From assembly GCA_027622715.1 (NCBI GenBank), contig JAQBYN010000017.1, positions 577-64,576 of the forward strand: DNA of 64,000 nucleotides. Direction: 5' to 3'. This DNA is from Pseudomonadota bacterium (lineage in GTDB: Bacteria > Pseudomonadota > Alphaproteobacteria > SHVP01). The stretch's first letter is position 1. Each line of letters begins with the position of its first letter. A model generated the notes under the pieces. It saw only the letters and a list, made by a program, of their open reading frames with translations. It did no database searches and had not been told where the DNA came from. Below are positions 56,941 through 64,000 of this stretch, piece by piece. Both the position numbers and the translations under genes were made by a program.

Positions 56941-58308
56941 ATGGTTCGGGTTTGGGCGATGGCATACACGCGCGCTACATTTGCCTCATTGGCTGCCGCC
57001 GCGCTGGTCACGACGATGACATACGTCTCGGCCCAGGCCGCCGACCTGGTGATCGACATTCTGCCGCGATCCACCCTTGTTGCCGGCGACGCCTTCGCGG
57101 TTGTTATTCGCGGCGGCACCCCCGGTCAGAGCGTTGAACTCGAATCACGTTCGTCCGATTTCTTCAACGACACCTGGATCGCGCGCAACGCCTATATTTT
57201 TGACTCAAACGGTACGGTCGACCCTGGACGCCAAGCCCCTTTCGTTGGCAGCTACGAGGGAATCGACGGGCTAGGGCCGTTCTGGTCGATGAAGCGTGTC
57301 ACGGAGCGCCCGGTGCCTTGGGGGTTTGGCCGCTCCGCGCAGCAGCTGCCGCAATTCTTTTTCACCCGAGCCGGCGTCAACCGCGTCACATTGCGCGCCA
57401 GCGCGCCCGGCGGTGCCGACGCGCAGGCCGCCATTGAATTCACCACGGTGGGACGGGGCGTTATCCAACGCCAGATCGGTGACCCACAGATCGTTGGGAC
57501 CTTCTTTGAACCCACGGCACCGTCACCCTGGCCGACCGTCGTCGTCCTCGGCGGCAATCGCTTCACCTACCGCGGCGCCCAAACCATTGCTGGACGTCTC
57601 GCTACGCAGGGTTACGCCGCCTTGGCGCTGGCTTACGCCGACGTCGGCGACCTGCCGCCACTTTCGAGCGCCGTCGCCCTGGAATATTTCGACAATGCGA
57701 TGGCATGGGTGCGACGACAGTCGAACGTCATACCGGAAAAAATCGCCCTGCTCGGTGTTGGGCACGACGCCGGCCTCGCGCTGCTGCTCGCCGCGAATGC
57801 GCCAAACGCATTCGCTGCCGTGGTCGCCGCCAATCCCCACTCGGTGGTGTTCCCGCGCCAAACCCAATCCGGCGCCCCGTGGACGCGAAGCGGCGGTCAG
57901 TTGCCGCATGTCCCGTTGGCCCACTGGGATGACGATTTCCGAAGAACCGGTCACTACTACTACGTCTTGGAAAAAAGCCTCGTTCTATTCGAAGACGCCG
58001 TGGCCGCGGCACGCATTCCGGTTGAGCGTATAACCAGCCCCGTCCTGTTGCTCTCTGCTGGCGACGATCTCGCGCAGCCGTCAGACCGCATGGCACGGGA
58101 AATTGCGCAAGCTATGGGAGACGCCGGCCATCGTGACCGCGCACGGCATTTGAAGTTTCTCAACGCCGGGCTCGTCCTCAGCGGTGACGGCATCACGCCA
58201 ACCACCCCCAGCGCGCTGCGCTTCGGCGGGACCCCACAAGGCAACTCAGCCGCGCAATTCAAGGCGTGGCAAGAAGTCCTCACCTTCCTCCGCCAAAGTT
58301 TGCGTTAG
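56941..58308 (+). CDS. Secreted acyl-CoA thioesterase / BAAT-family alpha/beta hydrolase.
   Basis: It has a signal peptide and an N-terminal BAAT-type beta-sandwich followed by a hydrolase domain (GVGHDAG). Confidence 0.6.
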   Translation: MVRVWAMAYTRATFASLAAAALVTTMTYVSAQAADLVIDILPRSTLVAGDAFAVVIRGGTPGQSVELESRSSDFFNDTWIARNAYIFDSNGTVDPGRQAPFVGSYEGIDGLGPFWSMKRVTERPVPWGFGRSAQQLPQFFFTRAGVNRVTLRASAPGGADAQAAIEFTTVGRGVIQRQIGDPQIVGTFFEPTAPSPWPTVVVLGGNRFTYRGAQTIAGRLATQGYAALALAYADVGDLPPLSSAVALEYFDNAMAWVRRQSNVIPEKIALLGVGHDAGLALLLAANAPNAFAAVVAANPHSVVFPRQTQSGAPWTRSGGQLPHVPLAHWDDDFRRTGHYYYVLEKSLVLFEDAVAAARIPVERITSPVLLLSAGDDLAQPSDRMAREIAQAMGDAGHRDRARHLKFLNAGLVLSGDGITPTTPSALRFGGTPQGNSAAQFKAWQEVLTFLRQSLR

Positions 58309-58415
58309 CGATAGCGCGGGGCCATCTAACAACGAGGCCCGCCAGGGCATTCATTTGTCGGATCGGCGCGCGCCGCGGTATGGTCGCCGCAACACTCAAC
58401 ACGCTGAGAACCGCC

Positions 58416-58820
58416 ATGACTGACACTGCCCTGACCCAACTCCTCGCCGAAACCAAGTTCGACGCGAACGGCCTCGTGCCCGCGATCGCACAGCAGCACG
58501 ATACCCGCGAGGTGTTGATGATGGCGTGGATGAACGCCGACGCGATCCGCGAAACGCTTGAATCGGGTCGCGTTTGTTATTGGTCGCGGTCGCGCCAAGC
58601 GTTGTGGAAAAAGGGCGAGACCTCGGGCCAAATTCAAGACCTGAAGGAACTCCGCATCGACTGCGACGGCGACACCATTCTCGTGCTGGTCGACCAAACC
58701 GGCGTCGCCTGCCACACCGGACGGCGCAATTGTTTCTACCGCGCGGTGCGCGACGGTGCGTTGACGGTCATCGCCGAAGCCGAGGCTGATTCCAAGGCGC
58801 TCTATGGCGAAAAAGGCTGA
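58416..58820 (+). CDS. hisI: Phosphoribosyl-AMP cyclohydrolase.
   Basis: ATG at 58416. Conserved residues are LVPAIAQQ...REVLMMAWMN...CDGDTILV. Confidence 0.85.
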   Translation: MTDTALTQLLAETKFDANGLVPAIAQQHDTREVLMMAWMNADAIRETLESGRVCYWSRSRQALWKKGETSGQIQDLKELRIDCDGDTILVLVDQTGVACHTGRRNCFYRAVRDGALTVIAEAEADSKALYGEKG

Positions 58821-58937
58821 CGCGGCCCCGACCCCGTTCACGGCCTGAGGCCGGATCTCCCCCTATTCGAGGGGAGGAATTCGCCCAGCTCTTAAGCGCG
58901 ATGGTGCGAGCCGTCGTCGGTGCGGCGTCGCGCGGTG

Positions 58938-60086
58938 CTACGCGCCCCGCTTGCCGCCATGGGCCAGCAAGTACCCACCGACGTGGTGGGTGTAATTGCC
59001 CGCGCCGTCGTCGGTGCTGACGTGCACCGGGATCATGTCCATGATGACTTCGTTGTGACCGAAGCCGGCGTCCTGCATGACCTGGCGCAAATCAAAATCG
59101 TGCAACGTACCGACGAACGGCTCGGCGTTGTAATGCGTGTCCCAGTCGGTCAAGTATTGGTCGAACGGCTCTTTGTCGGCGAACGGCGGTATTTCAAGGT
59201 GCAGCGCGATGCCACCCGGCCGCAGCAGGCGGCGGCTTTCGGCCATGATGTTGCGCATCGCCTTGGCCGAGGTTTCGTGCAGCGCGATGTGCGAGACAAT
59301 TAGATCGAAGGATTGGTCGGGAAAATCGGTGTGTTCCGCATTCTGCTGCGAAAAATGCACCGTCTTGCCCATCCCTTCGGCGCGCGCATGGGCGTAGCGC
59401 AGCATCGGCGCGCCGACGTCGATCGCGTGAATCTCGGCGTCCGGAAACGCATCGACATAGGGCAGCGTCGAATGGCCCACCGCACAGCCCATGTCGAGAA
59501 TGCGCTTGGGCCCTAGGTCGGCGTAATTTGTCGAGAGATGACCCAGCAAGGTCGACCCGCACGACTCGTTATGCGCGCCCATCCCGCCCATCATGTAGAG
59601 GTAGACGCCGCGGTCATAGAGCGCGCCGGCCGATACGTCGTCTGGCGCCGCGTCGGTCGTGTAATTGCCGGGCATACAATGAATGTCCACCGCCGTGACA
59701 TAGCGGGGCAGCGCCAGGGCCGGGTCCAGGCGCAGCGTGCCCTTGGTCCGACCTTGCGCTTTCGCGCGGCCATTCAGATCATCGACCGTTCTGTCGACCG
59801 TCGCGCCAACCGAATCCCACATCATTTCCTGGGTGGTGCGCATAAAGGCGCTCCAGTATTGATGATAGGGCTCGCGGACCATTGCCTTGCGCACCTCTTG
59901 TCGGTTACGCGGGGCGCGGCCCTGGGCGCGCACGAATGTCTTCAACGCCGCGCCTTCGTAGACCACCTTGTTGCCAGCCGTAACCGTGCCGGTGACATGC
60001 TCGCGCATGCTTTTCATGAAGACCTGCCGCGATTCCTCGTCGTGGGTCGGTTGCGGCAACATGGGATGATGGGCTTGCAACGACAT
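58938..60086 (-). CDS. Class I SAM-dependent methyltransferase-like protein with an N-terminal extension. Paralog B.
   Basis: The start MSLQAHHPMLPQPTHDEESRQVF aligns with MAQTKHAMLVNADHDEAARQHF of paralog A. Motif I is ILDMGCAVGHS. Confidence 0.7.
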   Translation of the reverse strand: MSLQAHHPMLPQPTHDEESRQVFMKSMREHVTGTVTAGNKVVYEGAALKTFVRAQGRAPRNRQEVRKAMVREPYHQYWSAFMRTTQEMMWDSVGATVDRTVDDLNGRAKAQGRTKGTLRLDPALALPRYVTAVDIHCMPGNYTTDAAPDDVSAGALYDRGVYLYMMGGMGAHNESCGSTLLGHLSTNYADLGPKRILDMGCAVGHSTLPYVDAFPDAEIHAIDVGAPMLRYAHARAEGMGKTVHFSQQNAEHTDFPDQSFDLIVSHIALHETSAKAMRNIMAESRRLLRPGGIALHLEIPPFADKEPFDQYLTDWDTHYNAEPFVGTLHDFDLRQVMQDAGFGHNEVIMDMIPVHVSTDDGAGNYTHHVGGYLLAHGGKRGA

Positions 60087-60202
60087 GGCGGGCTCCCTTG
60101 GATGGCCGGTGGCCGCCAGTATGCCAGAAACCGCCACTCCTGGGGCCGCTTCGCTGGCGACCGGCGGAATCGCCCGCTAGACTGCGGCAAAACCAGGGGA
60201 GG

Positions 60203-60601
60203 ATGGGGCATATGATCCCAAAAGATCACCGCGAATTCTACGAACTCGACATGGGTACAGGCTGGGAAACTCCGGCAGGCTATCCCGAGGGTATCAAGCA
60301 AAAGATCATTTCCGGCAGCCTTGATGAGGAGAACAAGACCGGTAGCCGCACCCGCGTGCTGACCATCGCCGCCGGCACATACACCGTCGAGCCCTTCGTC
60401 CATGACTACTGGGAAGAGGTCTTCTTGTTCAAAGGCGACTTGCGCGTCGGCAACGATGCGCAAGGAAGAGGCGGCGAGAGTTTTGGCCCCTTCACCTACG
60501 CCGTGCGCCCGCCCGGGTCGTGGCATGGACCGGTCGCCAGTGACACCGGTTGCACCGTTCTCGAAATTCACTACTACGATCCGGACGACCGTCCGGCCTG
60601 A
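60203..60601 (+). CDS. Cupin-fold protein, a different subfamily from the other two cupins.
   Basis: It follows a GGGGAGGA SD. The start is ATG at 60203 or 60212. It has a beta-rich cupin-like core. Confidence 0.55.
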   Translation: MGHMIPKDHREFYELDMGTGWETPAGYPEGIKQKIISGSLDEENKTGSRTRVLTIAAGTYTVEPFVHDYWEEVFLFKGDLRVGNDAQGRGGESFGPFTYAVRPPGSWHGPVASDTGCTVLEIHYYDPDDRPA

Positions 60602-60640
60602 TCCAAAGCAAACCCACCGCCCGCAATAACGGAGAAAAAA

Positions 60641-61030
60641 ATGAACGGACCCGCCGACCGCATGATGACGCCGATGGACGTGCTCTATCGCGCCGACAAA
60701 GACATCGTTGAAGAAGACATCCACGCCGTCGAAGGCGCCGTCGAACAGGGCGAACTCAAGGTCAAGGTTCTGATGGTGACCGAAAACATGCTGGTGCTGA
60801 AGGCCTGGCGCGGTAAGGGCCTGATCGATCCCATCCACCAGCACGATGACCATGAATCGGTGGCCACGTTGCTGTACGGCAAATTAAAAATGCAGATCGG
60901 CGACAAGGAATTCGTCGCCGGTCCGGGCGATGTCTGGCGCCACCCGCCGGGTGTGCCGCATTTCTCCGAGGCGCTTGAGGAATGCGCGCAGATCGAAATC
61001 AAGTCGCCCGCCCGCAAGACCTGGACCTAG
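60641..61030 (+). CDS. Cupin domain protein, paralog of 3376..3759.
   Basis: 129 aa. It has the same HQHDDHE / PGDVWRHP motifs. The last 13 codons are near-identical to the other copy at the DNA level. Confidence 0.7.
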   Translation: MNGPADRMMTPMDVLYRADKDIVEEDIHAVEGAVEQGELKVKVLMVTENMLVLKAWRGKGLIDPIHQHDDHESVATLLYGKLKMQIGDKEFVAGPGDVWRHPPGVPHFSEALEECAQIEIKSPARKTWT

Positions 61031-61041
61031 TTAGTATCGAA

Positions 61042-61071
61042 AGGGGCCGCTAAACCCGGTCCCTTTTTTTT
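61042..61071 (+). terminator. Rho-independent terminator: AGGGGCCG-loop-CGGTCCCT followed by T8.
   Basis: I read it directly after the cupin stop. Confidence 0.6.
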
Positions 61072-61106
61072 CGCACCGCGTTATATAGGACCGTATATTA
61101 CGCTCC

Positions 61107-61889
61107 ATGACGATCCTTCGCGCATTCCGTACCGCCATATTCGCGGCCATCGTTGGACTGGTGTCGGCGCCTGCCGGTGCGCAGGAAAACGTCCTTGTCT
61201 TTGCCGCCGCCAGCGTTGCGCCAGCGATCCGCGCAACGGCCCAAGACTTCACGGCTAAGACCGGCGTCACCGTAACGGTATCGGCGGCGGCAACCTCCGC
61301 CTTGGCGCAGCAAATCATCCGCGGCGCGCCAGCCCACATATTTATTTCGGCTCATCCGCGGTGGATGAGCGTTCTAGCTGACCGTGGCGCCATCGATGCC
61401 ACGCGCCAGACCGCGCTGCTCGGCAACGAACTGGTGTTGATCGCGCCCAACGCCCATGCGACGCCGCTCGATCCGGCACCCGGTTTTGCCGTGCGCGGCG
61501 CGCTCGGGCCGGATGGCCGGCTTGCCCTCGGCGATCCCGATCATGTACCGGCCGGCGTTTACGCAAAGCAAGCGCTGTCCGCCCTGGGTGTATGGAGCGA
61601 GGTCACCGACCGTCTGGCGCCGGCGGGCGATGTTATCGCGGCCCTTACATTTGTCGCGCGCGGCGAAGCGCCGTTGGGCATCGTCTACCGAACCGATGCG
61701 GCGATGAGCGATGCGGTCAGCATCGTGGGTGCTTTCCCGGCCAACACACACGACCCCATCCGATACGACGTGGCCCCCGTCACCCGAAACGCCAGCGCGG
61801 CCAGCGGCGCGTTCTTGCTTTATCTCCTCTCCGAGGCCGCGCGCCCGGTGTTCGAGCGATTCGGTTTTGTTTTCTTGCCCCGGACCTGA
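61107..61889 (+). CDS. modA: Molybdate ABC transporter substrate-binding protein.
   Basis: 260 aa with a signal peptide and ModA-like fold blocks. Confidence 0.85.
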   Translation: MTILRAFRTAIFAAIVGLVSAPAGAQENVLVFAAASVAPAIRATAQDFTAKTGVTVTVSAAATSALAQQIIRGAPAHIFISAHPRWMSVLADRGAIDATRQTALLGNELVLIAPNAHATPLDPAPGFAVRGALGPDGRLALGDPDHVPAGVYAKQALSALGVWSEVTDRLAPAGDVIAALTFVARGEAPLGIVYRTDAAMSDAVSIVGAFPANTHDPIRYDVAPVTRNASAASGAFLLYLLSEAARPVFERFGFVFLPRT

Positions 61890-61892
61890 CAC

Positions 61893-62588
61893 ATGCTATC
61901 GCCGTTAGAAGTTGAAATCGTTCTTCTTTCGCTGCGGGTCGGGTTCTGGGCCGTGTTGGTGGGACTACCGCTTGCGATTGCCGCGGCGTGGCTACTCGCA
62001 CGCACCTCGTTCCCGGGCAAGGCCGTGGTGGACGGCCTGCTGCACCTGCCGCTGGTGGTACCACCGGTCATCGTCGGCTACACGCTCCTTGTCCTGCTTG
62101 GGCGCCAAGGTGTGATTGGCGCCTTCCTCGACAACGTTTTCGGAATTTCCTTTGCCTTCAACTGGAAGGGCGCCGCCGTCGCGTCGGGGGTCATGGCATT
62201 CCCCCTCATGGTGCGGGCGATCCGTCTTTCGATCGAGGCGATTGACCGGAGGATCGAAACCGCCGCGCGTACGCTTGGCGCATCACCGCTGCGGGTTTTC
62301 GCGACCATCACACTACCCCTCGCGCTACCCGGCATCCTGTCGGGCACGGTGCTGGCTTTCGCCCGCTCGCTCGGCGAGTTTGGCGCGACGATCACCTTTG
62401 TCTCGAACATTCCCGGCGAGACCCGAACGCTACCGCTTGCCGTCTTTAGCTTGATGCAGGTGCCCGGTACCGAGGCCGCCATCCTCCGCTTGGTACTGAT
62501 CTCCATTGCCATTGCGTTGGCAGCGCTTGTTGTTTCTGAATACCTGAGCCGCCGCGTCGCCGCCCGCATCCGCGGCACCCCGCCATGA
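61893..62588 (+). CDS. modB: Molybdate ABC transporter permease.
   Basis: 231 aa. The EAA-like loop is present. Confidence 0.85.
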   Translation: MLSPLEVEIVLLSLRVGFWAVLVGLPLAIAAAWLLARTSFPGKAVVDGLLHLPLVVPPVIVGYTLLVLLGRQGVIGAFLDNVFGISFAFNWKGAAVASGVMAFPLMVRAIRLSIEAIDRRIETAARTLGASPLRVFATITLPLALPGILSGTVLAFARSLGEFGATITFVSNIPGETRTLPLAVFSLMQVPGTEAAILRLVLISIAIALAALVVSEYLSRRVAARIRGTPP

Positions 62589-63667
62589 TTAGGGTCGCCA
62601 TCCAGAAGAAACTCGGCGCGTTCACGCTTGATGTGTCATTCGTTTCCGGCGCTGGTGTGACGGCGCTTTACGGTGTTTCGGGCGCCGGCAAAACCTCCAT
62701 CGTCAACGCCATTGCCGGCCTGATGCGCCCGGACGCAGGACACATCGAACTCGACGGCATCACCGTCTTCGATTCGACGTCCCGCATTTTCCTGCCCCCG
62801 GAGCGGCGCGGCGTCGGCTACGTCTTTCAAGAAGACCGGTTGTTTCCACACCTTTCCGTGCGCCGCAATCTGTCCTACGGGCAGCGCCGCAGTGAGGGCC
62901 ACCCTCAACCTAGCTTCGATGACGTGATTGACCTGCTCGGTCTTGCGCCTCTCCTTGAACGATTGCCGCACCGACTATCTGGCGGCGAAAAACAACGCGT
63001 CGCGATTGGCCGCGCGGTGCTTTCGCGCCCACGCTTGTTGTTGATGGATGAGCCGTTGGCGAATCTCGACACCGCGCGGCGCGCTGAAATATTGCCGTTC
63101 TTGGAGCGCCTGTGCCGCGACCTCTCGCTGCCGATCGTCTACGTCAGTCACGCGATCGAAGAAATTACCCGCCTCGCCGACACGCTGATCGTTCTGGACC
63201 GCGGCAAGGTCGTCGCCGCTGGCCCGGTACCGGCGATCACCGCACGGCTGGACCTGTCCCCGCTGATCGATCGAGGCGATGCGGGTACCGTTTTAGTTGG
63301 AACGATCGAAAGCCACGATACCCGCTATCATTTGACAACCGTGGCCTTCGACGGTGGCCGACTGGTTGTGCCAGCGGTCGGCGGTCCGGTCGGTGCCGCG
63401 CTGCGGCTGCGCATTCAAGCGCGTGATGTCGCGATCGCCACGTCCGTGCCAACGGGCATCAGCACACTCAACTGCTTGCCCGGCGTGATTACGGAACTGG
63501 GCACCGGGCGGCAGGCGCACCGTGATGTCCAGGTCAATGTCGGCGTGCCGATTTTGGCGCGCTTGACGCAACGATCAATTAGCGAGTTGGGGTTGGAACC
63601 GGGGCGTCAGGTGACGGCGTTGATCAAATCCGTCGCGGTCGAAAGAACTGATCGGTCGGCGGATTAA
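62585..63667 (+). CDS. modC: Molybdate ABC transporter ATP-binding protein with a C-terminal TOBE domain.
   Basis: Walker A is GVSGAGKTS and the signature motif is LSGGEKQR. It overlaps modB by 4 nt. Confidence 0.85.
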   Translation: MIRVAIQKKLGAFTLDVSFVSGAGVTALYGVSGAGKTSIVNAIAGLMRPDAGHIELDGITVFDSTSRIFLPPERRGVGYVFQEDRLFPHLSVRRNLSYGQRRSEGHPQPSFDDVIDLLGLAPLLERLPHRLSGGEKQRVAIGRAVLSRPRLLLMDEPLANLDTARRAEILPFLERLCRDLSLPIVYVSHAIEEITRLADTLIVLDRGKVVAAGPVPAITARLDLSPLIDRGDAGTVLVGTIESHDTRYHLTTVAFDGGRLVVPAVGGPVGAALRLRIQARDVAIATSVPTGISTLNCLPGVITELGTGRQAHRDVQVNVGVPILARLTQRSISELGLEPGRQVTALIKSVAVERTDRSAD

Positions 63668-63906
63668 GACCCCGTCGCGACGCAATCCCGTTCGCCGAGC
63701 GTCTTCGTGCATGTCACCGGCGATGCCGGGGGTGCGGGGGGTGGTGGCGGCACCTCGAAGAATTTGCCGACATCGCTTGCCGGTGCGCACCAAAATGCCC
63801 GTTCGGGCGGGGCGCCAAACTCCGCGCCGCAGGAGAACGCTGTCCCGCAACCGCTGAGCGCTAAGGCAAAGCCGACAAAAACGTAGCGACGCGCGCCATT
63901 GAGCAT
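63664..63906 (-). CDS. Small Cys- and Pro-rich putative lipoprotein.
   Basis: The lipobox is LALSGC. A PPPPPAPPASP tract follows. It is convergent with modC and overlaps it by 4 nt. Confidence 0.35.
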   Translation of the reverse strand: MLNGARRYVFVGFALALSGCGTAFSCGAEFGAPPERAFWCAPASDVGKFFEVPPPPPAPPASPVTCTKTLGERDCVATGS

Positions 63907-64000
63907 GATCGCTCCACCGAACCTGATGACCGTGGGGGCCCATGGTAGCGCGTCGTGGTTAACTGCTGGTTAAGAAGACGGGGTCGGCGGCGCAAAGAGA

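Noticed and set aside
1-64000. CRISPR arrays, transposases, integrases, phage genes and toxin-antitoxin pairs.
   Set aside because: I found no direct-repeat/spacer arrays. No ORFs carry DDE, tyrosine-recombinase or phage hallmark motifs. The 21-bp tandem repeat has no spacers. The RHH protein has no adjacent toxin-like partner.

Overview
This is a high-GC (~65%) bacterial chromosomal segment that reads like metabolically versatile alphaproteobacterial accessory/catabolic DNA. Both strands are densely coding. I found no rRNA, tRNA, CRISPR array, transposase or integrase. Many long antisense ORFs in the track are high-GC artefacts. The catabolic, transport and other content is listed under features; the hunt findings are summarised here. 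Several families occur as paralogs inside the window. There are three APH-fold small-molecule kinases. There are two N-terminally extended SAM methyltransferase-like proteins, each tied to small cupin proteins. There are two Asp/Glu/hydantoin-racemase proteins, one of which carries a histone-H1-like Lys/Ala tail. There are tandem MFS, VOC and flavoprotein pairs, and two family-5 ABC solute-binding proteins with no adjacent permease genes. One cupin gene has its 3'-terminal 21 nt, stop codon included, tandemly triplicated. A 35-codon Lys/Pro/Ala-repeat ORF with a Shine-Dalgarno site is absent from the ORF track. A conserved putative 2OG-Fe(II) oxygenase-family gene is frameshifted at a G-run. 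An intergenic 15-mer is perfectly complementary to the 16S rRNA 3' end. The first ~1 kb is a ~50% GC island carrying a secreted lipase gene behind a consensus TATAAT box. The best candidates for an undescribed system are the repeated kinase/transporter cassette and the duplicated methyltransferase-cupin modules.
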